The notes below the pieces were generated by a model that saw nothing but the letters and a program-made list of their open reading frames with translations, was not told the origin of the DNA and did no database searches. The translations under genes and the position numbers were made by a program. Shown one piece after another: positions 9,258-18,708 of a DNA stretch of 64,000 nt. Position 1 is the stretch's first letter. Every line of letters begins with the position of its first letter. The DNA is from Parcubacteria group bacterium (GTDB lineage Bacteria > Patescibacteriota > Minisyncoccia > Moranbacterales > UBA11712), in NCBI GenBank assembly GCA_041659065.1, contig JBAZYY010000001.1:60847-124846 (forward strand). The letters run 5' to 3'.

Positions 9258-10409
9258 ATGAACACTTCCTATTCCGCTCTCGACACGTTTCAGACTTGTC
9301 CGCTGAAGTATAAATACCAGATAATAGACAGAATAAAGACGCCTAAATCCAAGGAGCAGTTTTTTGGCGTGCTTTTGCATAACACTCTTAAAATTGTGCA
9401 CACGCCTGGGATTCTTTCCCCTACTCTTGAGCAAGCGCTTGATTTTTATTCTAAAAACTGGAATGCGGAGGTTTTTTCCGACGAGATTGAAGAACGATCT
9501 GCTTTTGCGCAAGGCGTTTCAATGCTTCAGGATTACTATAAAAAAAATGATATTGCAAGAATCAATATTGTTGATCTCGAGTCCAGATTTCAAGTGGAAA
9601 TCGGTCCCGCAAAGGCTGAAGCTCACGGGTCCAGCGAAGAAAAGCACATTTTAACGGGCATAATAGATCGAATCGATAAAACAGAGGATGGGTTTGAAAT
9701 AATCGACTACAAGACCACGCGCAAGCTTCCCAGCCAGGAAAAAGTGGACAATGACCTCCAGCTTTCTCTATATTTGAAGGGATTTTTAAAGCGGTACCCG
9801 AAAGAGATTGAAAATCTGGATAAGATAAAGGTAAGTTTGTACTATCTGAAGCATGGCGTTAAGCTGACCTCGCAGCGCACGCTGAGCCAAATAAACGAGA
9901 GCGAACAATTGGTTTCGGACCTCATTGAGCAGATAAGCAAGTCAAGCTTTGAGCCGGACATCTCCGGTCTCTGTGATTGGTGCGGATATCAAAAGATTTG
10001 CCCGATGTGGAAACACAAATTCCGAGAAGAAGAAAAGCAGGATGTCGACATAAAAAAAACGATTCAGGATTATATCTCATTGAAAGACGAAATAAAATCA
10101 AAAACGGACCGAATCGGGAGGATTCAAGGGGAGATCAATGATTACATGGACAAGGAAAAAATAGATCAGGTCTTTTCAGATGCCGGAAGTGTTTTGCGGT
10201 CAATTAGAAAAACTTATAAATATGACAACCTCAAACTACGCGAACTCTTGGAGCCGCTCGACAAATGGGAAGGAATCTTAAAGGTGGATGGAACTGCCCT
10301 AAGGAAGATTATAGGGGTTTTGCCTTTCAACGTGAAAAAAGAAATCGAGAAAGCCAAGGAAATAGACAAGGAATCGAAGAGTTTTATGATTAAGAAAGGT
10401 CAAAAATAG
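9258..10409 (+). CDS. PD-(D/E)XK nuclease (Cas4/RecB/AddB-nuclease-like) with C-terminal Cys cluster and coiled-coil extension
   Basis: N-terminal CP..YKY motif, IIDRIDK...EIIDYKT (D/E-x-K core), CDWCGYQKICPMW Cys cluster, and a ~130 aa charged helical C-terminus. Confidence 0.65.
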   Translation: MNTSYSALDTFQTCPLKYKYQIIDRIKTPKSKEQFFGVLLHNTLKIVHTPGILSPTLEQALDFYSKNWNAEVFSDEIEERSAFAQGVSMLQDYYKKNDIARINIVDLESRFQVEIGPAKAEAHGSSEEKHILTGIIDRIDKTEDGFEIIDYKTTRKLPSQEKVDNDLQLSLYLKGFLKRYPKEIENLDKIKVSLYYLKHGVKLTSQRTLSQINESEQLVSDLIEQISKSSFEPDISGLCDWCGYQKICPMWKHKFREEEKQDVDIKKTIQDYISLKDEIKSKTDRIGRIQGEINDYMDKEKIDQVFSDAGSVLRSIRKTYKYDNLKLRELLEPLDKWEGILKVDGTALRKIIGVLPFNVKKEIEKAKEIDKESKSFMIKKGQK

Positions 10410-10460
10410 GCGATAATCTTAATTAAATAAGTTTAATCGGTTGCGAGCAAGCCGCGAACT

Positions 10461-10982
10461 ATGAATTTGTCTCGCTTAAAAGAAAATTTAAAAAATTGGA
10501 TACGCAAATTCTTCCTGATCAATGATACTCCCCACAAGATAGCGGGCGGGGCGGCTTTGGGTATTTTTCTGGGAATCACGCCGGGCGAAGGGGTTCTGGC
10601 TACGCTGTTCCTATCTTCTCTATTTCGCTTAAACCGCCTGGCGGCTCTTGCGGGCTTGGGGGTGGTGAACATATGGACGACATTCCTGGTTTTTCCTTTA
10701 GCAGCGGCCGTTGGGAGCTGGATTTTTGGGATTGATTACGAAAGCCTGAAAAATAATTTCCATGGTGCGACCGAATCTGGAATAAGATATTTTTTTAGCA
10801 AAGCCATTTTTTTTGATTTAACGCTGCCGCTTATGGTTGGTTTCGCAGTAGTGGCCGGAGTAATTTCCGCCTTGGTTTACTTCGGGCTTTTGTATCTTTT
10901 GATAAACAAAAAGCATCTTCGAAAGGATACTCATATGCTGGAAAAAAAGATAATTTTGCAAGTAAGGCGCAATCCTCATTAA
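10461..10982 (+). CDS. DUF2062-family membrane protein
   Basis: Family-typical N-terminus (IRKFFLINDTPHKIAGGAALGIFLGITP) followed by TM helices. Confidence 0.6.
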   Translation: MNLSRLKENLKNWIRKFFLINDTPHKIAGGAALGIFLGITPGEGVLATLFLSSLFRLNRLAALAGLGVVNIWTTFLVFPLAAAVGSWIFGIDYESLKNNFHGATESGIRYFFSKAIFFDLTLPLMVGFAVVAGVISALVYFGLLYLLINKKHLRKDTHMLEKKIILQVRRNPH

Positions 10983-11018
10983 AGGTAGCCTCGATAGGAC
11001 GGTTTTTGTTTTAGCTGG

Positions 11019-11564
11019 CTATTTTATACAGCATTTCGCACCTTGGTATCCCCTATTCTTCGCTTCTTCTTCGGAAGAAAAGCAGATTTTATTTTCCGAC
11101 TTTATCCGAGCCGCCCATTGGCAGCTGGCGAGATGATATTTATTTGAATTTTTGCTGGCAACATAAGGGCAGTTTTTCGTATCTACAAGGGGCGCCTCAT
11201 TAACTTCGGAGCCCGCTTTCATTTTGGATGATTGGCCGGTTGTGGGGGCGCTATTTAAAACCGTACTTACCTGCTTTTCAGTTTTTGCGGCATCCTCTGC
11301 GGGCGCAGTCGGATTAGCAGATTGAGCTGTCTTATTAATTACGATATTACTGTCCTTTACCTCTTCTCCTTTTAAATAACCAGCTTCAAAAGAGATAGCC
11401 GCAATTAAGACAATTCCAACTGCGAGTATTAACTTATCTCCGTATTTTTGCCATTCGGATTTAAATTTGTGTCCAAAAGATTTCTTTTTTGTTTCAGATC
11501 TAGCTTTATAAAAGCCATTTTCATCGACTTCCAGTTCAAATTCAAGCTGGTCTTGTGTTGACAT
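11019..11564 (-). CDS. Membrane-anchored protein with C-terminal Cys-rich Ada-like zinc-binding domain
   Basis: Single TM helix, low-complexity linker, then a C-terminal motif ([38 protein letters not shown]) resembling the Ada N-terminal Zn-binding fold. Confidence 0.5.
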   Translation of the reverse strand: MSTQDQLEFELEVDENGFYKARSETKKKSFGHKFKSEWQKYGDKLILAVGIVLIAAISFEAGYLKGEEVKDSNIVINKTAQSANPTAPAEDAAKTEKQVSTVLNSAPTTGQSSKMKAGSEVNEAPLVDTKNCPYVASKNSNKYHLASCQWAARIKSENKICFSSEEEAKNRGYQGAKCCIK

Positions 11565-11667
11565 TAGAGTGGTAATGGATTATACTTTTTTTGTTATCTT
11601 CTACTTTAATTTTATTTTTTTGCTCGCCCGCAGCGCTAGACATAGCATTGTGGGCAGGTTTAATTCT

Positions 11668-11940
11668 ATGGCGCATCGAAAAGCTGGTGGATCTACTCAA
11701 CTAGGTCGTGACTCCGTTTCTAAGAGGCTCGGCGTAAAAAAATTTGGCGGTCAAAAAGTCAAATCTGGCAATATCATTGTTCGTCAAAGAGGTGCAAAAT
11801 TCAGGCCCGGGAAAAATGTCAAAAAAGGAAATGACGATTCGTTATTTGCGATTGCTGACGGAGTTGTAAAATTTTCCACCAAGAAAGTACAAAAATTTAC
11901 CGGAAAACTGGAACTTGCGCGATACGTAAGCGTTGAATAA
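11668..11940 (+). CDS. rpmA: 50S ribosomal protein L27
   Basis: [16 protein letters not shown]...[15 protein letters not shown]; start at the internal ATG that matches the L27 N-terminus. Confidence 0.9.
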   Translation: MAHRKAGGSTQLGRDSVSKRLGVKKFGGQKVKSGNIIVRQRGAKFRPGKNVKKGNDDSLFAIADGVVKFSTKKVQKFTGKLELARYVSVE

Positions 11941-11967
11941 GATTTTCTTCCTAAAGTTGAATCCTGC

Positions 11968-12004
11968 AGCTAATAAGCAAAAATAGTCAGCCTTGGGCTG
12001 ACTA
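11968..12004. terminator. Bidirectional rho-independent terminator (rpmA / pyrG convergent)
   Basis: AGTCAGCC-ttg-GGCTGACT hairpin flanked by A- and T-runs. Confidence 0.7.
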
Positions 12005-13636
12005 TTTTTTGTTGGCAGCTGCTTTGACGAATTCCAAAAATAAGGGGTGGGGTTTCAGAGGTGAGGATTTAAATTCGGGATGAAATTGTGTCCCCAGAAA
12101 AAAGGGATGCATGCTTCTTGGCAGTTCGGCTATTTCCATCAATCGTTTGTCAGGTGATGTGCCACTGAACAGCAGGCCTTTTTCCTCAATAAGATCTATA
12201 TATTCAGGGTTAACTTCCCAGCGGTGGCGATGGCGCTCTGAAATCGCATTGCTCCTATAGGCTTGGCGCGCAATGGTGCCGTTTTTTATTATGGCCGGGT
12301 AGGCACCGAGCCGCATTGTCGCTCCATAGTTTTTGTCTTCCAAATTCTTTTTTTGTTCGGGCATTATGTCAATGACCGGATGCGCAGTGTTGCGATTTAC
12401 TTCCGTGGTGTGAGCATCCTTAAAGCCTAAAATATGCCGGCAGAACTCTATTACTGCAAGTTGCATGCCATAACAAAGCCCAAAGTATGGGATTTTATTG
12501 ATGCGGCAAAATTCGATAGCTTTGATTTTTCCTTCAATTCCCCGCTCTCCAAACCCGCCCGGAACGATAATTCCGGAATATTTTTTGAGATTTTTGAGTT
12601 TGGAGGGGCTTTTTTCGAATTCCTCGCTATTGATCCATTCGATAGCCGGTTTTCGGTGGTTTTTATAACAAGCGTGCTTCACGGACTCAATGACGGATAT
12701 ATACGCATCGGAAAGAACGAAATCTCCCGTGCCAAAATATTTACCCACAATTCCTATGCGCAATGGTTTTTTGGATAACTTAACATTTTGAACCATTGCC
12801 TTCCATTTGGTGAGGTCCTTCTTTTTTGATTTTAAATTGAGCTTTGCCAGCAAACGATCGCTAAGATGATCCTTTTCAAAATTTAGCGGGACTTCGTAGA
12901 TGCTTTCGACATCGGGAGCGCTGATAACATCATCCTCTTTCAGATTGCAGTGATCGGCTAGCTTTTCTTTTCTCTTTTTATCAAGGGCAAGCGCAGATCT
13001 AGCTACGATCAAGTCCGGTTGCACTCCGGCGGCATTCAGCGATCTTACTGCGTATTGGGTCGGCTTGGTTTTCATTTCTCCGATCATGGAGGGAATCGGG
13101 AGATAGCTTACGAGGACGAACATCACATCATCCCTGTGTCTCAGGCGCAGCATTCTGCCCGCTTCAATAAACAGCAGGCCCTGATATTCCCCAACTGTTC
13201 CTCCTATTTCGATTAACATCACGTCGGCCTTGGATTTTTGTTGGGCTTTTTGAATTCGGCGGATAATTTCTTTCGGTACATCCGGAACAACATCTACGCA
13301 ACGCCCGCCATAACCCATAGATCGCTCTCTGTCGATGATGGCCTTATAAACCATCCCATTAGTCATATAATTGGTGCTGGGTAAGGTAAGGCCAATAAAA
13401 CGCTCGTAATGTCCCATGTCTTGGTCGGTTTCCATCCCGTCATCTAAAACAAAAACCTCTCCATGCTCCGTTGGATTCATTGTTCCCGCGTCAACGTTCA
13501 GATAGGGGTCGATTTTCATGGTAGTAATCCGGAAGCCTTTCGATTGCAGGATATTTCCTATCGAGGCCGTAGTGATGCCTTTCCCAACGCCGCTCATCAC
13601 GCCGCCGACAACAAATATGTATTTGGGTTTTTTCAT
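12002..13636 (-). CDS. pyrG: CTP synthase
   Basis: N-terminal synthetase domain (VVGGVMSGVGKGIT) and C-terminal glutamine amidotransferase domain (GLCYGMQ); 544 aa. Confidence 0.95.
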   Translation of the reverse strand: MKKPKYIFVVGGVMSGVGKGITTASIGNILQSKGFRITTMKIDPYLNVDAGTMNPTEHGEVFVLDDGMETDQDMGHYERFIGLTLPSTNYMTNGMVYKAIIDRERSMGYGGRCVDVVPDVPKEIIRRIQKAQQKSKADVMLIEIGGTVGEYQGLLFIEAGRMLRLRHRDDVMFVLVSYLPIPSMIGEMKTKPTQYAVRSLNAAGVQPDLIVARSALALDKKRKEKLADHCNLKEDDVISAPDVESIYEVPLNFEKDHLSDRLLAKLNLKSKKKDLTKWKAMVQNVKLSKKPLRIGIVGKYFGTGDFVLSDAYISVIESVKHACYKNHRKPAIEWINSEEFEKSPSKLKNLKKYSGIIVPGGFGERGIEGKIKAIEFCRINKIPYFGLCYGMQLAVIEFCRHILGFKDAHTTEVNRNTAHPVIDIMPEQKKNLEDKNYGATMRLGAYPAIIKNGTIARQAYRSNAISERHRHRWEVNPEYIDLIEEKGLLFSGTSPDKRLMEIAELPRSMHPFFLGTQFHPEFKSSPLKPHPLFLEFVKAAANKK

Positions 13637-13710
13637 AACAATAAATTAAAAAAAATTAGGGTGGCAAACAGATACCCCCTAAAGGCACGCTTGAAATTTT
13701 TAATCTTATG

Positions 13711-14157
13711 TTAATTTTCCTCAGCCACTAATATCAGCCGCAAATTTGCCTCGAGGCCATGGTCGAGTTCGATTCGGATATCATAATCGCCCATTTCCTT
13801 TATCGGTTCGTCAATCTTCACATTAGCTGCTTCAACCTTCAAACCTTCATTTTTGAGTTCTTTGGCTATATTTTTTTCGTTAACAGATCCAAACAATATC
13901 CCATCTTTTTCTTTGACTTTCATGTATAGTTCCCGTCCCTCCAGTTGTTCAGCAAGACTCTGCACTTCTTGCAATTCCATTTTCGCGTCCTTTTCTTTTC
14001 TGGATTTATTGGCATCTGCTGAGGCGACGTTTTGCTTGGTCGCTTCGACCGCAAAACCTTTCGGAATAAGAAAATTCCTGCCGTATCCATCGGCTACTTC
14101 TTTTATGTCTCCCTCCCCTCCAAGATTGTCCACTTTTTTAGTTAAAACTACCTTCAT
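13711..14157 (-). CDS. rplI: 50S ribosomal protein L9
   Basis: MKVVLTKKVDNLGGEGDIKEVADGYGRNFLIPKG; 148 aa. Confidence 0.9.
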   Translation of the reverse strand: MKVVLTKKVDNLGGEGDIKEVADGYGRNFLIPKGFAVEATKQNVASADANKSRKEKDAKMELQEVQSLAEQLEGRELYMKVKEKDGILFGSVNEKNIAKELKNEGLKVEAANVKIDEPIKEMGDYDIRIELDHGLEANLRLILVAEEN

Positions 14158-14211
14158 AGCATTGTCTTTTCTTTAGTATAACCTATTTTTAAATTTTTGA
14201 AAATGCCGCTG

Positions 14212-15522
14212 TTATTTGCCAATTTTAGCTTTAATTGTTTCCAGGGCTTTGTCCATCTGGGGATCCCTGTTGTTATTGTAGTCATCATCAGTGAAGTCTA
14301 CATCGATAGTCGGGTCAATTCCCTTCTCCATTATATAGTCACCGCGCGGAGTAAGCCAGCGGGCAATTGTAATTCTTACACTGGAGCCTTCGCTTAATTT
14401 TTCCAGCTGTTGAACCGATCCCTTTCCAAAAGTTTTCTTCCCGATAAGTGGCGCGTCAAGCTCATCCCTCAATGCTCCAGCCGTAATTTCTGACGCGCTT
14501 GCGCTCCCGCTGTTTACCAGCACTGCCACTGGCAAATTGCCTAAAATATCGCCTCCTCGAGCTACGTAATCTTGCTTAGCGCTGTTTCTCTCCTCTTCTG
14601 AAACTACAACTTTGCCTTTGGGTATGAATTTTGAAGAAACGTCAACCGCAGCTTCCAAATATCCGCCCGGGTTGTTTCTCAGGTCTAATATTATTCCTTT
14701 CGCATTCTGTGAGACGGCAATGTTTGCGACCCTACTCATCTCCGAAGTAGTGTCATCGCCAAATTTGGTTATTTTAATTACCGCAATATTATCACCTTTA
14801 AATTCCAGTTTAACGCTCTTAACGTTGATCTGTTCGCGAGTTATTTTGACCTCGACTGGATTATTGCTCTTATCATGCAAAATGGTAATGGCGACTTCCG
14901 TGCCTTTTTGGCCTCGAATCATCGAGACTGCTTCATCGACTGTCATATCGGTGGTTAATTTATCTCCGATTTTAAGTATCTTGTCTCCCGCTCTCAGGCC
15001 GGCTTTTTCCGCTGGAGTGCCTTCGAGTGGCGCAATGACTGTCAATATCTCATTTTTCATTCCAATTTCCACGCCGATACCCTCAAAAGTTCCTTGCAAA
15101 TCATCCGAAAACTGCTGGCTTTCTTCCGGATTCATAAAGCTTGAAAACGGGTCACCGAGGGACTTAATCATCCCGGAAATTGCTCCGTATACCATCTTGT
15201 TTTTATCGAGCTTGCTCTGGTCGACGTATTTGTCGTTTACCAGATTCCATGCCTCCCAGAAAAGGCTAAAATCAACGTCGCTTGGCTGGTTTTTGTTTGC
15301 ATTATTCTTAGCTAAAAGGTTTCCAATGGACGACGTCGAACTGTTGCTCCGAGAGGTCTTATAACTGGAATAAGTCACGCCGCCATAAAAGCTGACGCAT
15401 AATAAAATTGCGACAATAAAAATCTTAAAGTTTTTTCTGAAGCCAGATTTTTGGCTATGTAATAAAGTGAGCTTCTCGTCTGGCTGCTGGTCTAAGTTTT
15501 CCGTTTGTGGTTCAATTGGCAT
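14212..15522 (-). CDS. ctpA: C-terminal processing peptidase (S41, PDZ-containing), membrane-anchored
   Basis: N-terminal TM helix, PDZ domain, and S41 catalytic region with Ser in LVNSGSASASE and Lys in TFGKGSVQ. Confidence 0.85.
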   Translation of the reverse strand: MPIEPQTENLDQQPDEKLTLLHSQKSGFRKNFKIFIVAILLCVSFYGGVTYSSYKTSRSNSSTSSIGNLLAKNNANKNQPSDVDFSLFWEAWNLVNDKYVDQSKLDKNKMVYGAISGMIKSLGDPFSSFMNPEESQQFSDDLQGTFEGIGVEIGMKNEILTVIAPLEGTPAEKAGLRAGDKILKIGDKLTTDMTVDEAVSMIRGQKGTEVAITILHDKSNNPVEVKITREQINVKSVKLEFKGDNIAVIKITKFGDDTTSEMSRVANIAVSQNAKGIILDLRNNPGGYLEAAVDVSSKFIPKGKVVVSEEERNSAKQDYVARGGDILGNLPVAVLVNSGSASASEITAGALRDELDAPLIGKKTFGKGSVQQLEKLSEGSSVRITIARWLTPRGDYIMEKGIDPTIDVDFTDDDYNNNRDPQMDKALETIKAKIGK

Positions 15523-15532
15523 AAAATTTGTT

Positions 15533-16348
15533 TCAAACTATATGGGGATTAGGTTTTCCCAAATACTTCCAGAAATATTTAGCGGCGCTTCGGATGTGGT
15601 TGCGAGTCAGGTGATTAAAGAGCACGGCGCCAAAAACGTTTCGGCTTGCAGATCCTTTGCCATGGTAATGGAACATCCTAGCATAAGGGAAATACACGAC
15701 TTTCAAATTATTTTCCCAAAATCTGCGGCACCAATCCACATCTTCAAAATACATAAAAAAATCTTCCACTATCAGGCCAATATTCTTCAGCGCGTTTCGA
15801 GAGGTCATCATTGCCGAGCCCATAATCCAATCCGCTTCAATTATTTTGTCGTGGTCGAAGTTTTTATACAAAAAATCATCGACTCTCCTTCTCGCGGATT
15901 TAAGCCTTCCAAAGAATGTCCTCCGAAGCAATATGACCAGCGGTGTGTAAAATCTGAAACAGGAATACTGCAGATGTCCGTCAAAATTCAGAAGTTTTGG
16001 CCCTATCAATCCTATTTCCGGATTTTTTTTGAGATGTTCCAGGAGCAGATTAACGGCTTTTTTCTCGACTATTATGTCTGCGTTGAGAACAAGGACATAG
16101 TGCCCATTTGATCTCTTGATCCCCTGATTGACCAGGTATCCGAATCCGACATTTTCTGCAAAAGGATGGTATTGGAATTCCGGAAAATCTTCCCGCATCA
16201 TCATCTCCGTATCTTCCTCAGCAGCGCTGTCCATAACATGAATATCGTAGTCCAGCTCGAATATATTCTTTTTTAAGGATTCCAGGCAGAGCTTAAGAAC
16301 CGTAGGATTCTTGTAGCTCGTCACAATTATCGATAAATCCTTGTCCAT
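15533..16348 (-). CDS. Family 2 glycosyltransferase
   Basis: LSIIVTSYKNP and a D-x-D-like HVMDSAAEED motif. Start set at the ATG at 16348 to avoid overlap with the upstream LCP gene. Confidence 0.75.
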   Translation of the reverse strand: MDKDLSIIVTSYKNPTVLKLCLESLKKNIFELDYDIHVMDSAAEEDTEMMMREDFPEFQYHPFAENVGFGYLVNQGIKRSNGHYVLVLNADIIVEKKAVNLLLEHLKKNPEIGLIGPKLLNFDGHLQYSCFRFYTPLVILLRRTFFGRLKSARRRVDDFLYKNFDHDKIIEADWIMGSAMMTSRNALKNIGLIVEDFFMYFEDVDWCRRFWENNLKVVYFPYARMFHYHGKGSASRNVFGAVLFNHLTRNHIRSAAKYFWKYLGKPNPHIV

Positions 16349-16355
16349 TTTGAGT

Positions 16356-17417
16356 TTAGTTGAAGATATTCTTGCAGGCCTCGTGAATTTTGTCATAATT
16401 TCCGCCTTGAGGGAGAAGGATGTAGGTTTTTCCCTCGGGAGTATCGGCCCTCGATGAATATAGGAGGCCTTCATCAGTGGTGTCAAAAACCTTTTGCTTT
16501 ATCTGAGGATCCTGCATTTTTTGGGCGAGCTCATAGAATTTTTTCATTTCGGAAACATCCATATCCATCCGAACATCCGCTCCCAGTACTGTTAAAATAT
16601 CGTTAACTTTTCCAAAATCGGATAAGGTTCCCAGGCTCAAAAATTTATCCTTCAGGGCAATAAGCACCTGCTGCTGCCTTTTTGCCCGTTCGAAATCAGA
16701 AGATGCATAACGAGCTCTCACGAAGAACAAGGCTTTGTTGCCGTCAATATGGTTTTTCCCGGCTGGCAAGGAGAAATCCAGAGCATTTTCCCCTTCGAAT
16801 TGAGTAGGTTCAGAGAAAGGTTTGTCCAGATAAACATCCACTCCTCCCAGCTTGTTGATCAGTTCTTCAAATCCCACAAAGTCGATGCGCACCGCATAGT
16901 GGATTGGAAGCCCTGTAACTTCTCCTACGATTTTTTTCATCGCGTCGAGCCCTTGGTTTTCTCCTCTTTCTTCTGCGTAGGCATGAACAGCATTTATTTT
17001 CATCTGAGTGGAGCTTCCCGGCATGGTGACATAAAGATCTCTGGGAATTGAAATCAGGGCAATTTTATTTTCATTCGGTTTAATGGAGGCGACCATGATA
17101 GAATCAGCCAGCAGCCCCCCGCCAGGAATTTTTTCTCCGCGCATTCCGAGCAAGAGCACGTTTATCTGTCCTTCACTTTGTCCCTGGAGCTCGTTTACGC
17201 CTCCAACTACCGGAATCGAATTCCAAATGCTTTTTAAAAATCCATCCTTAGTTGAAATTTGGCTGAGAGTCATACCTGCTCGGTACATCACAAATCCTCC
17301 GGCGGCAACTATAAGCAGTATCAATATGATGAGTGCCTTAAACCATCTTCTTTTATAAAGTCTTTTCTTCTTTGGGAACCCATCTTGCCTGCCGGCTTTT
17401 CTCGAAAATACGCCCAT
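16356..17417 (-). CDS. LytR-CpsA-Psr (LCP) family cell-wall glycopolymer phosphotransferase
   Basis: N-terminal TM helix plus LCP core (ILLLGMRGE...ADSIMVASI...ISIPRDLYV). Confidence 0.85.
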   Translation of the reverse strand: MGVFSRKAGRQDGFPKKKRLYKRRWFKALIILILLIVAAGGFVMYRAGMTLSQISTKDGFLKSIWNSIPVVGGVNELQGQSEGQINVLLLGMRGEKIPGGGLLADSIMVASIKPNENKIALISIPRDLYVTMPGSSTQMKINAVHAYAEERGENQGLDAMKKIVGEVTGLPIHYAVRIDFVGFEELINKLGGVDVYLDKPFSEPTQFEGENALDFSLPAGKNHIDGNKALFFVRARYASSDFERAKRQQQVLIALKDKFLSLGTLSDFGKVNDILTVLGADVRMDMDVSEMKKFYELAQKMQDPQIKQKVFDTTDEGLLYSSRADTPEGKTYILLPQGGNYDKIHEACKNIFN

Positions 17418-17532
17418 AGAAAATGCGTGAAATTTTAAACAAAAAATACTCGGATCAAGAAATCCTCAATGAGTATACTATACTATTTGAGGGATGGCAA
17501 TGCAACAGAAATACCTGTGCTACAGATATCTG

Positions 17533-18696
17533 CTACTTATTTAAGCTCAAGTAAATTTCAAGAGTTTTTCTGGCTGTTGTCTGCCAGGAAAATTGTTGGG
17601 AAACGGCCAGTCCTTTTTCGATCAGAACGGACCTGGCCTTTGTGTCTCGGAGTACTTGGTCAATATTTTCGGCAAATTGCTCGTAATTTTGCGGATCACA
17701 AAAAAGCGCGCCGTTCTTCCCGATTTCCGGCAAAGAAGTTTCATTCGAAGAGACAATGGGCGTGCCGGATGCCATTGCTTCAAGAATAGGAAATCCGAAT
17801 CCCTCGTAGAGCGACGGAAATACAAAACAATCGGCCAATTTATATAAAATCGGCTTGTCTGGCTCCTCAATCCAGCCCGGAAAAATAATATCGTCTTGTA
17901 GCTCCATTTTTCCGACTAAATCATCGATTTTTCTGTCGAAATTATGCGCGTTTTTGTCTCCTGCAATAACCAGTTTCAGTTCCCTATGACCGTATTTACC
18001 AAGCAGTATCCGGTAGGCCTCAATGAGCGCCGGAATGTTTTTCCTGGGCTGCAGGGTGCCGAGATATAGCAAAAACTTTTCAGGCAATTTATATTTATTT
18101 TTAACCTCTTCCTTTTCCTGATTGCTGAAGTTCGCACTGTAGCTGTCGAAGTCAATTCCGTTGCATATCGACGCCACTTTTTCCTCCGGCGCTTGATAAT
18201 ATTTTATAATATCTTTTCTGGAATATTCCGACACGGCGATTACTCGATCGGCTCTGCGAATGCTTCTCGGAATAAAAGTCTTCAAAAAAAATAGATCAAG
18301 TTTCTTGATGAATTCCGGAAAATAATTAAAAGAGATATCATGAATAGTAGTCACTAGCTTTGTTTTCCGGGGAAGCCAGAACGGAGTTATATATTGGGTG
18401 TGATAAACATCCACTGGATTTTTTTTAAGATGCATGGGAAGCTGCCATAGATTCCAGCTGAATTTGTCTTTATTTCCCACAAATTCAACCCTGAAATTAT
18501 TCCCCAAACTGAGCTTTTCCAACTCCCCTGCTAACTGCTTATCGCTGGCGGGATCCCGGTCCGTAAAAAGATGATACTCATTGTCCTTATCAATTACAGC
18601 CAAATTTTTCACCAAATTGAAAAAATAAACCTCACTACCGGTTTGATTTTTGCCTATTAGCCTGATATCGATCCCAATTTTCATAATAACTTGCAA
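17533..18696 (-). CDS. Family 4 glycosyltransferase (GT-B)
   Basis: C-terminal EX7E-type motif FPSLYEGFGFPILEAMASGTPIV. Confidence 0.85.
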   Translation of the reverse strand: MQVIMKIGIDIRLIGKNQTGSEVYFFNLVKNLAVIDKDNEYHLFTDRDPASDKQLAGELEKLSLGNNFRVEFVGNKDKFSWNLWQLPMHLKKNPVDVYHTQYITPFWLPRKTKLVTTIHDISFNYFPEFIKKLDLFFLKTFIPRSIRRADRVIAVSEYSRKDIIKYYQAPEEKVASICNGIDFDSYSANFSNQEKEEVKNKYKLPEKFLLYLGTLQPRKNIPALIEAYRILLGKYGHRELKLVIAGDKNAHNFDRKIDDLVGKMELQDDIIFPGWIEEPDKPILYKLADCFVFPSLYEGFGFPILEAMASGTPIVSSNETSLPEIGKNGALFCDPQNYEQFAENIDQVLRDTKARSVLIEKGLAVSQQFSWQTTARKTLEIYLSLNK

Positions 18697-18708
18697 ATAA
18701 AGGGCGTA

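Noticed and set aside
11569-11667. N-terminal extension of the L27 ORF ([15 protein letters not shown]...)
   Set aside because: The extension is hydrophobic and AT-rich and does not align to L27. The internal ATG at 11668 gives a canonical L27 N-terminus ([10 protein letters not shown]).
14612-15364. 250 aa plus-strand ORF inside the S41 protease gene (and similar antisense ORFs at 33690-34130, 36819-37277, 52123-52554)
   Set aside because: They lie entirely antisense to strongly supported genes and have low-complexity S/L/P-rich translations typical of shadow ORFs.
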